Virus record (IMG/VR): IMGVR_UViG_3300005573_000164
Location: 1 to 40,166 of that record
DNA length: 40,166 bases
Strand: one strand, 5' to 3'
Source: a virus
Lineage: Duplodnaviria > Caudoviricetes
Numbering within the stretch: position 1 is the stretch's first letter; every line of letters starts with the position of its first letter. The notes below the pieces were generated by a model. The model had not been told where the DNA came from. It ran no database searches and saw only the letters and a list, made by a program, of their open reading frames with translations. Below are positions 23,788 to 33,428 of this stretch, piece by piece. The position numbers were made by a program, and so were the translations under genes.

Positions 23788-24230
23788 TCCTCCTTCAGCC
23801 GCATTTCCCGCCAACGCCTGGCTTGGTCACCCCGCGCATGTTTTTCCTGAAGAGCGGCCTTCCGCAACGATTCATCCGGCCACGGTTTGCGATGACAACC
23901 TTCCCGGTACAGGTTACGGCCCTTGATCAGAAGCTTCCTACCATCGCTCAACTGCAACATGAACGTATGCTGTTGCTTGCTGGCACCATAGCTATCCCGG
24001 ATGATTTTGCCTTCAATCGTTTCCATCCCGAGAAACTTCGGATTGCGCCAACTCCCGCCGAAGCGCGCCCGCTCAAAACAAACTTCATCTCCGACTACTG
24101 CATCACCGGTGCAGTCTATCGTATATTGCTCAGTCTTCATCTTTGATCTCCTTTCCTGTGGTTTGTTCCGCCGCCTTGTACTTCAACTTCTGCTTCTGCA
24201 CGCTGCAATCGGCCCGCGGTATGTCATCCC
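23588..24230. repeat. 643-bp direct repeat, copy 1 (copy 2 at 25935-26577)
   Basis: Identical by eye, offset 2347 bp; identical ORFs at 23778-24140 and 26125-26487. Confidence 0.95.
23778..24140 (-). CDS. Hypothetical protein (duplicated)
   Basis: 120 aa with an AAGGAG RBS. Confidence 0.75.
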   Translation of the reverse strand: MKTEQYTIDCTGDAVVGDEVCFERARFGGSWRNPKFLGMETIEGKIIRDSYGASKQQHTFMLQLSDGRKLLIKGRNLYREGCHRKPWPDESLRKAALQEKHARGDQARRWREMRLKEEWA

Positions 24231-25287
24231 GCGGGCCGAGATAGACCGGCTGGTACAGACTCCCGCCCTCGTAGGCATACAGGTAGCGGACTTCCACGAC
24301 CTGCCCCACTACCGGTATGCTGTGGTTGGGCGGGATGGTGACGTTTCCGATCTCGATTCCTATGTCCCCCTCCAGGTACAACCCAAGCGTCACGCTCCGT
24401 TGCTGGTTGACCTTGATGACCACCGCCGAGCAGGTAGCGTAGAACTTGCACTTCAACTGCGGCCCGCCGGAGTTGGGCCGGCCCGGCGTGTACGGCGCGA
24501 GCAAGTCCTTGAACACAATCCCCTCGGCATTCGACGCCTTCAATTCCGCGAGGAATTTACGGATGGAGTTCTCCCCGATGACCAGCGGCGTCGGATGAAT
24601 CGGCCAGCCATTCGGGTAGCCGATGAGTTTGAGCAGGGACTTGTGCCTCGTCCCGTAGGCGAGCTTGGTATAATCCACGCCGTTCCAGTTCAGCAGGTCG
24701 AAGGCGTAGTAGTCTGGCCCAATCGCCTCGCCATCGAGCACGAAGTCCCCCGGCACCGTTTTCGCGTACTCGACAATCTCCCCCGCGATCCCACACGGCT
24801 TGCCGGTCCGATTGTAGGCAGTCACGACGTCACCCCTCTTCTCCAGGATGATGCGTTTGCCATCGTACTTCTTCTGCGCGCCCCATCCCAACTTTGCCGA
24901 CCGGATGAAGCTGTCCAACTGTTCTTCCGGTAGTGGGTTCAGCAGTTGCGGCAGATACTTGGGCGGCTCGGCGGCAGCAGGCGCGCAAGGCATTTTGATG
25001 GTGGCCGCTTTCCCTTCCTGCCGGTAGCCTTTGGCTTCCTTCTCGCGGACTAGTTTCTCGAAGACCTGGACAGCCTCTGCCAGCGTGACCGGCTGGATGG
25101 TTTTGGTGGAGGTTTGCAGAGTTTTCCCCCGCCGTCCCCAAGCGCAGGTGACAATAAAGCCGTCGCCACAGGCTTCGACGCGGGCATGGTATTCCTTGTC
25201 GGATGCCCCCTCGCGGAAGAACAACGACGCACTCGGTAGTGTTTCGGTTTCTGGTTTTGTTTTCATTTCTGGCCCGTTTCGACTCAT
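24130..25287 (-). CDS. WGR-domain ATP-dependent DNA ligase
   Basis: N-terminal SDKEY...WGR...KEAKGY; ligase motifs KYDG (I), LDGE (III), AFDLL (IIIa), EGIVFK (IV) and LKCK (V); OB fold EVRYL. Confidence 0.9.
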   Translation of the reverse strand: MSRNGPEMKTKPETETLPSASLFFREGASDKEYHARVEACGDGFIVTCAWGRRGKTLQTSTKTIQPVTLAEAVQVFEKLVREKEAKGYRQEGKAATIKMPCAPAAAEPPKYLPQLLNPLPEEQLDSFIRSAKLGWGAQKKYDGKRIILEKRGDVVTAYNRTGKPCGIAGEIVEYAKTVPGDFVLDGEAIGPDYYAFDLLNWNGVDYTKLAYGTRHKSLLKLIGYPNGWPIHPTPLVIGENSIRKFLAELKASNAEGIVFKDLLAPYTPGRPNSGGPQLKCKFYATCSAVVIKVNQQRSVTLGLYLEGDIGIEIGNVTIPPNHSIPVVGQVVEVRYLYAYEGGSLYQPVYLGPRDDIPRADCSVQKQKLKYKAAEQTTGKEIKDED

Positions 25288-25581
25288 TTTACCTCCTGTA
25301 TGATTTTGACTTCCCCCACATTCGGAACATCGAAGCAGCGTGCGGCGAGATAGGCCAGCAACACCATCATCCCCACCAACGACAACGTGAGCACGATGGA
25401 TTCAATTGCCCCGCCTTCCCACTTTCTACGGTAACGGTTCCTAGCATTCATGCCGCCCTCCGCAATGCCACTTCGTCAAACGCCGTTCGTTCCCGATGCG
25501 CCCTTGAGCGCGCATCGCCCCCGTCGCAATGTTTGCCGTGAACAATGACAATTCGTGCTTGGTCGAATTCATGTTTTCCCC

Positions 25582-25803
25582 TTAGCTTAGCGCTCTTTGC
25601 TCGAGCAAGTCGGCGAGTCGGCGCAATTCTGCGACTGTCCGACTTATAGGCTCTCCCTTTTTCAGACTCATCCACGCGCCCCCGCCGTCGTATTGAAACC
25701 GAATTTCCCATTGGTCAGCCCGCACTTCAGTGCGGACATATAGCAGTTTTTCCATCATCGACGGTTGGGCGTCGGGCGCTTGGTCATGTTTATTGTTTTG
25801 CAT
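25582..25803 (-). CDS. Hypothetical protein
   Basis: MQNNKH... after a GGAGG RBS. Confidence 0.5.
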   Translation of the reverse strand: MQNNKHDQAPDAQPSMMEKLLYVRTEVRADQWEIRFQYDGGGAWMSLKKGEPISRTVAELRRLADLLEQRALS

Positions 25804-25804
25804 A

Positions 25805-26134
25805 TTACCGGCCCTCCGCTTTGGCAATGGCGGCGCGGGCTACGGGCAGCAATGCGCCGATCTCGTCATTCCAAAAATCGGCGTGTTCCCGCGCTCTAAG
25901 CAGCCGTTCGCATCTTTGTAACGCTTCCAGCATCTTCCGCATCCCGCCATGCTCCTGCAATACTTCCAGCGTGATACTGCACAGTTCGGCAACTTGTCCT
26001 GGCACACCGAATCGGGTCAGGACATGGTGGCAGTTCGCGTCGCCGATGGCGCGCAAACCGTGTGGATGTTTGGCGCGGATCTCCACCAGCGCGCCGTACA
26101 CGGCATCGAGTGTTTCTTGTTTTGTCATGCCCAT
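25805..26134 (-). CDS. Hypothetical protein (C-terminal ARAAIAKAEG motif)
   Basis: Repeat-encoded N-terminus fused to MLEALQ...ARAAIAKAEGR, a common phage C-terminal motif. Confidence 0.6.
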   Translation of the reverse strand: MGMTKQETLDAVYGALVEIRAKHPHGLRAIGDANCHHVLTRFGVPGQVAELCSITLEVLQEHGGMRKMLEALQRCERLLRAREHADFWNDEIGALLPVARAAIAKAEGR

Positions 26135-26577
26135 TCCTCCTTCAGCCGCATTTCCCGCCAACGCCTGGCTTGGTCACCCCGCGCATGTTTTTCCTGAAGA
26201 GCGGCCTTCCGCAACGATTCATCCGGCCACGGTTTGCGATGACAACCTTCCCGGTACAGGTTACGGCCCTTGATCAGAAGCTTCCTACCATCGCTCAACT
26301 GCAACATGAACGTATGCTGTTGCTTGCTGGCACCATAGCTATCCCGGATGATTTTGCCTTCAATCGTTTCCATCCCGAGAAACTTCGGATTGCGCCAACT
26401 CCCGCCGAAGCGCGCCCGCTCAAAACAAACTTCATCTCCGACTACTGCATCACCGGTGCAGTCTATCGTATATTGCTCAGTCTTCATCTTTGATCTCCTT
26501 TCCTGTGGTTTGTTCCGCCGCCTTGTACTTCAACTTCTGCTTCTGCACGCTGCAATCGGCCCGCGGTATGTCATCCC
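25935..26577. repeat. 643-bp direct repeat, copy 2
   Basis: On - it begins with the last ~100 bp of the ligase gene, directly behind the early promoter leader. Confidence 0.95.
26125..26487 (-). CDS. Hypothetical protein (duplicate of 23778-24140)
   Basis: Identical translation. Confidence 0.75.
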   Translation of the reverse strand: MKTEQYTIDCTGDAVVGDEVCFERARFGGSWRNPKFLGMETIEGKIIRDSYGASKQQHTFMLQLSDGRKLLIKGRNLYREGCHRKPWPDESLRKAALQEKHARGDQARRWREMRLKEEWA

Positions 26578-26624
26578 AGGGCTGCTTTGTTTTCCGGTCA
26601 CGGACCATCCGTGACCCTGAATGC

Positions 26625-26675
26625 AATCTAGCATAATCTATTTATAGGTCAAGAGGAAAAAATAAATTTATTTTC
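26625..26675 (-). promoter_or_regulatory. Early promoter with AT-rich UP region
   Basis: TTGACC-16nt-(TGc)TAGATT; leader hairpin GGTCACGGA-cca-TCCGTGACC at 26596-26616. Confidence 0.6.
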
Positions 26676-26730
26676 GGGCAAAAAGCGGCTTTAAGCAATT
26701 TAAGCGATTTATGGCATATTAAATGCTGGG

Positions 26731-26884
26731 CGGCGTTCACCGGGGGCCGGCGTTCACCGGGGGCCGGCGTTCACCGGGGGCCGGCGTTCACCGGGGGCCG
26801 GCGTTCACCGGGGGCCGGCGTTCAGCGGGGGGCGGCGCGCCAGGGGCGGCGCGCCAGGGGCGGCGCGGGGGGCGGCGCGCCCCC
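26731..26884. repeat. GC-rich tandem repeats (17 bp x5 plus a variant; 14 bp x2 plus variants)
   Basis: CGGCGTTCACCGGGGGC at 26731, 26748, 26765, 26782 and 26799; CGGCGCGCCAGGGG at 26833 and 26847. Confidence 0.95.
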
Positions 26885-26888
26885 GTGT

Positions 26889-26940
26889 TAGGTACTACCT
26901 AGAAGGCGAAAGGCCGCAGGTGAGCCGCGCCCTTCGCCTT
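26889..26940 (+). other. Candidate cos/packaging initiation region
   Basis: Palindrome TAGGTACTACCTA, then an AAGGCGAA/TTCGCCTT inverted repeat around a GC-rich core; upstream of a lambda-type terminase operon. Confidence 0.4.
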
Positions 26941-27002
26941 TTAAGTGAGTGAGCTATTTTTCGAGAGATTAGGGAAAACCAGTTGACGCAACGGCCTTGT
27001 GC

Positions 27003-27200
27003 ATGACGACAGTGCACAATGACCAACTTTGCAAAACTGCCTTCGCTCGGGAAATTCCTGCCGCTGTCACAACGCTTGAACGCTGGATGTTACAGGGTAA
27101 AATCAAACCCGATGTCGAAGTGGGGGGACACAAATTCTTTCATGTCCGGCAACTGCAGGAGGCGCGGAAGTTGAAGCAACCAGACTTTGGTAGAAAATGA
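27003..27200 (+). CDS. Small MerR/excisionase-like HTH protein
   Basis: AFAREIPAAVTTLERWMLQGKIKP...GGHKFF. Confidence 0.65.
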   Translation: MTTVHNDQLCKTAFAREIPAAVTTLERWMLQGKIKPDVEVGGHKFFHVRQLQEARKLKQPDFGRK

Positions 27201-27838
27201 AACCAAACCTTCCTGTGCGAATCAGCGGGTGCATGGTAACTCCGGTGGGCTTGGTGTTTCCCCGCCGCGTGAGTTTCCAGCAATGGGATGAAATCGGTCA
27301 AACTCTCGCCAAGATTGACGGTGTGCTGATGTGGTTCATCGGTGACTGGTGGGTGTACGGTGAGAATGCTTTCCCAAATGACAAGCTTGCTACCGCCGCA
27401 TCGCTGACCGGGTTCAGCTACAAGACGCTCTATCAATGTAACTATGTGAGCCGCAATGTGCCCTTTTCTAGGCGACTAGAAAAGCTAACATGGTCGCACC
27501 ACCTAGAAGTCGCATCCTTGGACGCGAAGGAACAAGACCGGTGGCTGGCGTTGGCGGAGAAACATCAACTCTCGACACGCGCGCTGCGGGCCTCCATCCG
27601 TGCCGACCGGGTGCTCACCGAGCAGGAGCTTGCGACCCTCTCGCCGAAGACACCGGCAATTATCAGTTTGGCTGGGCTGAGTCTCAAGTTCCGGTTGTTC
27701 GCCGAACGCAATTTCCATATCGAAGAACTCGACATGCCAGCCCTCGAAACCGCCGAACGTAATCTGCGTCCGTTTGTCGAGGCGCATGAGAAGGTCGAAG
27801 CGCGGCTCAAGGCGATGCGTCATGTTGGCCAAGGTTAA
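27197..27838 (+). CDS. LmbU-like DNA-binding protein
   Basis: SFQQWDEIG...WFIGDWWVYGE...LTWSHHLEVA...QDRWL...LSTRALR pattern. Confidence 0.65.
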   Translation: MKPNLPVRISGCMVTPVGLVFPRRVSFQQWDEIGQTLAKIDGVLMWFIGDWWVYGENAFPNDKLATAASLTGFSYKTLYQCNYVSRNVPFSRRLEKLTWSHHLEVASLDAKEQDRWLALAEKHQLSTRALRASIRADRVLTEQELATLSPKTPAIISLAGLSLKFRLFAERNFHIEELDMPALETAERNLRPFVEAHEKVEARLKAMRHVGQG

Positions 27839-28418
27839 TCCCAAGCCATTTGCTCGCGTACTCCACGAGATTCAGATCCATCATCGGCGGCAGGCGCAGG
27901 CGGTGTTGCATACCGAGTTTGGCCGACTCCAAGAAGATATCGCCAAGAAGCTGACGAACCCACAAAAACAACAGATTCGCATCAAGCGGCAGCGATATCT
28001 TGCATTCTATCCCAGTCGAAAAGGCAATGCCCCCCTCGACATGACACGCCTCTATCGGATAATGGATGGACGGCGCGGCGGCGGTGCCCGACCGGCCGTG
28101 GCTGCGGGAATCTTCTATGCGTCCATGCGTCAAGGCATCAAACGCATTGGCATCCTCGCCGCGGGCTTCGTCACCACCGGCAACCAGTTCAACGCCAAGC
28201 TCCCGCCCGCAGTTGCCGCGCAGGTGAAGCTCGGCCATCTGAAAGTCACCGACTCACCGACAAAATATTTGGTCATCATTTCCAATCCGTTGCAGTTTGC
28301 CAGGCACTTCCGGCTGTTGCCCATCATCATTCAGAAGGCGCTCAATACTCGTGCCGCGAGCATGAGGCGCAACCTTGCGCTCATCCGGGCTGGCACGAAA
28401 AAATACCAGTTCCGATGA
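27822..28418 (+). CDS. Basic protein, possible neck/tail-completion protein
   Basis: ATG at 27822, about 198 aa, very basic; no tail-completion gene is seen in the usual place. Confidence 0.45.
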   Translation: MLAKVNPKPFARVLHEIQIHHRRQAQAVLHTEFGRLQEDIAKKLTNPQKQQIRIKRQRYLAFYPSRKGNAPLDMTRLYRIMDGRRGGGARPAVAAGIFYASMRQGIKRIGILAAGFVTTGNQFNAKLPPAVAAQVKLGHLKVTDSPTKYLVIISNPLQFARHFRLLPIIIQKALNTRAASMRRNLALIRAGTKKYQFR

Positions 28419-29116
28419 AGCATCCCAAGACTTCCCGGCGTCCCCACCAGCGCACCTGCCAAAAGAAGATCACGACGGAATTACTGACGATTGAACAGTT
28501 TGCCGGCATCATCGGCTACTCCGTGCAGGCGGTCGAATCGTGGCTGGCTAAAGGTTTGCCTCACTCGACGGCCACGCCAACCGGAAAAAGCGGCCGGCCC
28601 CGGTTGCTGTTTGATCTAGTGGAAGCGACAAATTGGATGGTAGCAAATCGGATTGGCAGGAGTGGGGGACTGGGAACCAATGATGAAGCACCGGTCCCGG
28701 TGGTGTCTGATGAACCAGGCTTGGCCGGTGCCGTGGACCGGTCGCGGAGTGCCGAGCGATTGGCCTTCCGGTTGTTGCGCGCGGCCATCGAGAAGCACAA
28801 TGCCTTGGAGATCCGCGCCACGTTGGAAAACTGGCGGGAGTGCGCGAAGGTGTTGGCCGACCTCGAAAAACGCCACAACCAATATTCCAACCTTGCTGCT
28901 GAGATTCATGAAGCCACACAACAGGCCGTCCGCGATTGGGCTGAACCAAAACGCGCATTCATTGACGCGATCCCGTCCGCCTACGCCTCGCGGGTGAACC
29001 CCGGCAACCAAGTCCAAGCCGAATCCATCCTGCATGAACTCAAGGATAAATTATTGAAGCAACTGAGCGAGCCGTTGACGTTGAAAAACGAAGCGCCCAA
29101 GGAGAAAAAGGAATGA
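28415..29116 (+). CDS. terS: Terminase small subunit (Nu1-like)
   Basis: N-terminal wHTH (QFAGIIGYSVQAVESWLAKGLP...FDLVEATNW) and a helical C-terminus; directly upstream of TerL. Confidence 0.82.
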   Translation: MKHPKTSRRPHQRTCQKKITTELLTIEQFAGIIGYSVQAVESWLAKGLPHSTATPTGKSGRPRLLFDLVEATNWMVANRIGRSGGLGTNDEAPVPVVSDEPGLAGAVDRSRSAERLAFRLLRAAIEKHNALEIRATLENWRECAKVLADLEKRHNQYSNLAAEIHEATQQAVRDWAEPKRAFIDAIPSAYASRVNPGNQVQAESILHELKDKLLKQLSEPLTLKNEAPKEKKE

Positions 29117-30996
29117 CCGGCACCCTCGATGTTGCGCAGGATACCGGGGCGACACTTGCCAGCGTCTTTGCGCCACGCCAGAAGATGACGGTGTGGGAAT
29201 GGGCGGAGAAACATATCGTGTTGCCGGTGGGCACGACGCCGCGCCCCGGGCCCTACGATACGTCCTGGTGTCCCTACGTCCGCGAGCCGATGGAACGCTA
29301 CACCGATCCGACCTGCCGGAAAATCACTGTCTGCTTTGCGACCCGGTCCGCCAAGACGGAAATGTTCATGATGATGCTCCGGTACTCGATTGCCAACGAG
29401 CGTCAGCCGTGCATGTGGGGCAAGCCAAACCAGGAGGATGCAAACCGCGATTCGGAGTTGCGCTTCCAGCCAACGGTCGAATCCTCGGAAGTTCTCCGCG
29501 CCTTGAAACCGCTGAATCCACACCTGTATCGGAAGGCGATGATGAAGTTTCGCACCGCCCCGGTATTTTTTGTCGGCATGGGTTCGCACGCCGCTGTAAA
29601 GAACAAACAGATTGGCCGGATGTTTCTCGATGAGATTGACGAAACCAAAAGCGCCACCGAACGTCAGACCTCCGCTTTGCAGAATGCCTTTGAGCGCGTC
29701 AAGGATACGCCCGACCCGAAGATCTGCCTGAGCAGCACCCCAACGATTGCCTCGGCGCAAATTTGGAAGCAATTTATTCTCGGCGACCAACGATTCTATT
29801 TCGTGCCGTGCTGGTGGTGTGAGCGTCCATTCAAGTTTGTCCTGTCCGGAATCCAATGGTCACCGGACGCAAAGCAAGCCGATGGCTCGTGGAATTTAGC
29901 CCTCGTTAAGCAGAGCGTCCACTACGTGTGCCCGCATTGCAAGAAACAGTTGCTCGACGTGCACAAGCTCCCGATGCTCAAAGCCGGCCACTGGCAACCG
30001 TCGCTTGGCGCGGACCGGTTGAAGTGGGAACTGAAAGATGTGCCGCGCGAAGAAGGTCACTACAGTTATCACCTGAACTCCATCTATCCAGAGTGGATAA
30101 GCTTCTACACCTTCGCGGAGAAGTTCATCCTCTCGAAACACGATCCCGAAGCATGGCAATCGTTTATCAACCAATGGCTGGCTGAACCATACTTCAATTT
30201 CGGCAACGCGGATGAAATGGCCGAGGCGTTGAATAAAACCGTCGTTGAAGTCACCCAGAACGCCCCTCGGATTCCGCCGGGCTATCACCCAATTCTCCAT
30301 GTGGACGTGCAACAACTCGAATGCTGGTTCCGGGTCCGGGCGTTCAATGCCAACCGGGAAGCCATCGGCCTTGACTTCGGCGTGGCCGCGTCGTTGGCCG
30401 ATTGCGAACAGATCCGCCGGAATTGGGGTTGCACCTTTGCCGGCATAGACATCGGCTACCATGACCGGCTGCAGGAGGTCTTGGAGTTCATTCACAACCA
30501 CCGGCCGCATTGGCTGGCGACGCACGGATCGGGCACGATGTTCGCCCCGATTCGGTTGATGCAGGTCCATATCGGCGGCGGGATGCTCAAAGGGGTGCCG
30601 GTCCCCTGTATCAAATGCAATCCGCTCGTGTGGAAAGAAATTCTCACCAACCGCATCAAAGGCCAGCCGCCCAGGTGGGTGAACGAACCGACCGTCAGCG
30701 ACATCTACAAGAAACAGATGACCGGTGAAGTTCGCCGTGAGAAACGCGGGCCACGCGGGACTATCTCGGTCGAATACATCAAGATTGGCCAGAACCACGC
30801 TTGGGATTGCGAATATAATTTACTGGCGATGTTCGATGTGCTCCGTCCGGTGTTGTGCGGGATTTCCGAACCACCACCAAATGCCAATGCACCGCCAGAA
30901 ATGACGGCCGCGCCAGCAGACCCGGCTGACAAAGAGTCAGGGGAACACGATCCCGACCAGGTCTGGGAACATGGCCGTGACCAAGTGTGGCAATGA
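29113..30996 (+). CDS. terL: Terminase large subunit, lambda GpA family
   Basis: TVWEWAE, PYVREPM, RSAKTE (Walker A), FLDEID (Walker B), SSTPT, GDQRFYFVPC, CPHC, HVDVQ and NHAWDC. Confidence 0.95.
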   Translation: MTGTLDVAQDTGATLASVFAPRQKMTVWEWAEKHIVLPVGTTPRPGPYDTSWCPYVREPMERYTDPTCRKITVCFATRSAKTEMFMMMLRYSIANERQPCMWGKPNQEDANRDSELRFQPTVESSEVLRALKPLNPHLYRKAMMKFRTAPVFFVGMGSHAAVKNKQIGRMFLDEIDETKSATERQTSALQNAFERVKDTPDPKICLSSTPTIASAQIWKQFILGDQRFYFVPCWWCERPFKFVLSGIQWSPDAKQADGSWNLALVKQSVHYVCPHCKKQLLDVHKLPMLKAGHWQPSLGADRLKWELKDVPREEGHYSYHLNSIYPEWISFYTFAEKFILSKHDPEAWQSFINQWLAEPYFNFGNADEMAEALNKTVVEVTQNAPRIPPGYHPILHVDVQQLECWFRVRAFNANREAIGLDFGVAASLADCEQIRRNWGCTFAGIDIGYHDRLQEVLEFIHNHRPHWLATHGSGTMFAPIRLMQVHIGGGMLKGVPVPCIKCNPLVWKEILTNRIKGQPPRWVNEPTVSDIYKKQMTGEVRREKRGPRGTISVEYIKIGQNHAWDCEYNLLAMFDVLRPVLCGISEPPPNANAPPEMTAAPADPADKESGEHDPDQVWEHGRDQVWQ

Positions 30997-31000
30997 ATGC

Positions 31001-31029
31001 TTGACAAATTGGCAGGACGTGCGCATCAT
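31001..31029 (+). promoter_or_regulatory. Sigma70-like promoter
   Basis: TTGACA-17nt-CATCAT with ATG at 31040. Confidence 0.45.
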
Positions 31030-31039
31030 CCATGCCATC

Positions 31040-31546
31040 ATGGTAGATGGCCACACGGCGACCCGCAAAGACCCCGCCGAATCTGTCGCTGCCTCCTACT
31101 GTCCCGACATGGCCGCGCTGCTCGACACACCGCGCGACGAACTCCACGAAGCCATAAAAGCCTTTAAGCCCTCGCAAGAACTACTCGACCGGATCCTGGT
31201 CTGGCATGAGCAACAGGGCAACACTTCTCGCGATCATAGCCACGTTCTGAATGTCGCATTATCCCTGATTCTCGAACACGACCGGGCCGACATCGCGGCG
31301 TGGGCACTGGCGTTTGCGGCGCACCTGTCCTCAGTGTCCAACTTGCGGGCCGGCGAGATTGCTGACAGGCTGGGGATCACCGAGTCGGCGTTTTCCAAAG
31401 TCGTCAACGAGTTTTGCGACCTGCTGAAACTTCCCCGCCCGCCCGCCCTCAAAGGCGAGGCCGCCCGGATTGCATACTCCCAAGCCCAAACCAGAAATCA
31501 TTTCCGCTTTAGGACGGGAAGGGATTTTGTCAACCGTCGCAGTTGA
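31040..31546 (+). CDS. HTH protein (possible late-gene regulator)
   Basis: AGEIADRLGITESAFSKVV HTH; located between terL and gpW. Confidence 0.65.
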   Translation: MVDGHTATRKDPAESVAASYCPDMAALLDTPRDELHEAIKAFKPSQELLDRILVWHEQQGNTSRDHSHVLNVALSLILEHDRADIAAWALAFAAHLSSVSNLRAGEIADRLGITESAFSKVVNEFCDLLKLPRPPALKGEAARIAYSQAQTRNHFRFRTGRDFVNRRS

Positions 31547-31564
31547 CGTTGGAGCATTTAGCGA

Positions 31565-31777
31565 ATGGCAATTCGCAACCCACAAGCTACTCTTGATCAG
31601 TTGTACGCCGCACGCGACAACCTCCTCTCCAATGCTGTCCAGCGGTACCGGATGGATGATGGCCGGGAATTCACGTTGTTCAACCTCGAAGAACTGAACC
31701 GCGAGATCCGCTGGATGGAGGGGGTGGTCGGGTACATCCAGACCGGCACCATAGTGGCCGACTTGTCCGAAGGATAA
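31565..31777 (+). CDS. Head completion protein (lambda gpW-like)
   Basis: 70 aa, VQRYRMDDGREFTLFNLEEL, between terL and the portal gene. Confidence 0.75.
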   Translation: MAIRNPQATLDQLYAARDNLLSNAVQRYRMDDGREFTLFNLEELNREIRWMEGVVGYIQTGTIVADLSEG

Positions 31778-31778
31778 A

Positions 31779-33425
31779 ATGCTCAAGGAAATTCCACGAA
31801 CCGATTCCCCCGAAGCCATCGCCAATGCGGTGTATGGCGGACGGGTGACCCAGATGATTGATCGCGCGATGTTGTCTCTCTTTCCGGGGTGGGGCGTGGC
31901 GCGGCTCAAAGCCCGGCAGGAAGCCGGGTACCGCCGCGCCATGCTCTCGTTTGCCTCCAAGCAAAGGACTGGTGGCGGCTATTCGGCCTACAGCGAAATC
32001 ACCATGCCGTCCAACCAGCGGTCGCAAAACTGGCTGGCGTTGACCTCCGAAGATGCGCTGTTGCCGGGATATGACCGCTTCCAACTGATTACCGAATGCC
32101 GGCAGGAATACCGGATTGACCCGTTGCTGCGGGCATTGGTGGACGGCATTGCCCGGCGCGTAGGTTCGCCACAACCGCACTTCTATACCGACGACGAAGC
32201 GTGGAACAACGAAGCCGAGGAACAGTATCAGCAATGGGCCGAGGAACAGTGCGACTATACCGGCGCGATGTCGCTGGCCGAAATGGATACTGCCATCGTG
32301 CGGGCCTGTTACACGGATGGCGATATTGGCGAAAACTATCTTGACGTGGATGGCGATCTCCGGTTGCAATTAATTGAGGCGGACCGCATTGCCTCCGATT
32401 ACCGAGTATCCATCAATCAGGATACCATCAACCCAATGTCGGGCGTGCTGATTGATTGGGATACCGGCCGCGTCAAAGGCTATTATGTCGGCACACGCGG
32501 AATTGGCGGGATCCTCAACAACTCTCAATTCCATTCCGCAGATAACATGAAGTTGTACTTCCGCCCCTACCGGATCGAACAACGCCGGGGCGTGCCGCTC
32601 TTAGCTCCAGTTCTCAATATCGCCAAAGACCTGCGCCGGTATCTGACTGCCGTGCGCGTTTCCATGAACATCGCGGCCAGCTACGGTGTGTTCATCCAAA
32701 GAAACAATGCTGCGCAATACGCATTGGCCAGTTCCCAAGGTGGAGTTGCCGGTTCCCAAGGTGAGGGACGCGGTAATTACAAGACCGCGCCGATCAAGAC
32801 CGGGATGATCACCTGGTTGGACGAGGGCGAATCTGCCTGGCAGCTTGATCCAAAGGTGCCAGGGCCGGACTTCGACCCGGTGACCCGGTTTTATGTCCGC
32901 CAGATCGCGCGAGGCGGGGGCAGCATTTACGAAATGTTGATGGGCGATTTCTCCGGCATGAGCTACTCGGCCAGCAAGACTGCCCTGCTCTTCGAGTGGG
33001 AAATGCAGAATGATTGGCAGGAATGGTTGATCCGCACCCGGAAACGGAAAGTCTATAACGTTTGGGTGTCGAAACGCATGGAGAGCGGGAGACTTCCCTT
33101 CAACCCGCAGGCATTTGACCGGGTGGGTTGGATTCGTCCGCCACGCACCGGGTTTGACCCGCTGGAAGACGCCGAGGCCATCATTAAGCTGCTCGGAGCC
33201 GGCGCGATGACGTTCCGCCGGTACTTCTCGTCGCTCGGGTTGAATGAGGAAGTGGAATTGAGACAAGCGGCCAAGGAAGCCAAGCTCATCTACGAACTGG
33301 CCAAAGAAGCCGGTGTGCCGCACGAAATGATTTCCAGCACGCTCGCGCCCGGTGTGATTACCCGCAGCGAGCAACCGGTGCCAGTTGGCCCCGGCACGAC
33401 TCGACGGGGTGGTGCTCAGGATTAG
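31779..33425 (+). CDS. Portal protein, lambda family
   Basis: LQLIEADRI, QRRGVPLLAP, GDFSGMSYSAS and DPLED motifs. Confidence 0.95.
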   Translation: MLKEIPRTDSPEAIANAVYGGRVTQMIDRAMLSLFPGWGVARLKARQEAGYRRAMLSFASKQRTGGGYSAYSEITMPSNQRSQNWLALTSEDALLPGYDRFQLITECRQEYRIDPLLRALVDGIARRVGSPQPHFYTDDEAWNNEAEEQYQQWAEEQCDYTGAMSLAEMDTAIVRACYTDGDIGENYLDVDGDLRLQLIEADRIASDYRVSINQDTINPMSGVLIDWDTGRVKGYYVGTRGIGGILNNSQFHSADNMKLYFRPYRIEQRRGVPLLAPVLNIAKDLRRYLTAVRVSMNIAASYGVFIQRNNAAQYALASSQGGVAGSQGEGRGNYKTAPIKTGMITWLDEGESAWQLDPKVPGPDFDPVTRFYVRQIARGGGSIYEMLMGDFSGMSYSASKTALLFEWEMQNDWQEWLIRTRKRKVYNVWVSKRMESGRLPFNPQAFDRVGWIRPPRTGFDPLEDAEAIIKLLGAGAMTFRRYFSSLGLNEEVELRQAAKEAKLIYELAKEAGVPHEMISSTLAPGVITRSEQPVPVGPGTTRRGGAQD

Positions 33426-33428
33426 CGC

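Noticed and set aside
26731-26832. CRISPR array
   Set aside because: Head-to-tail tandem repeats with no spacers.
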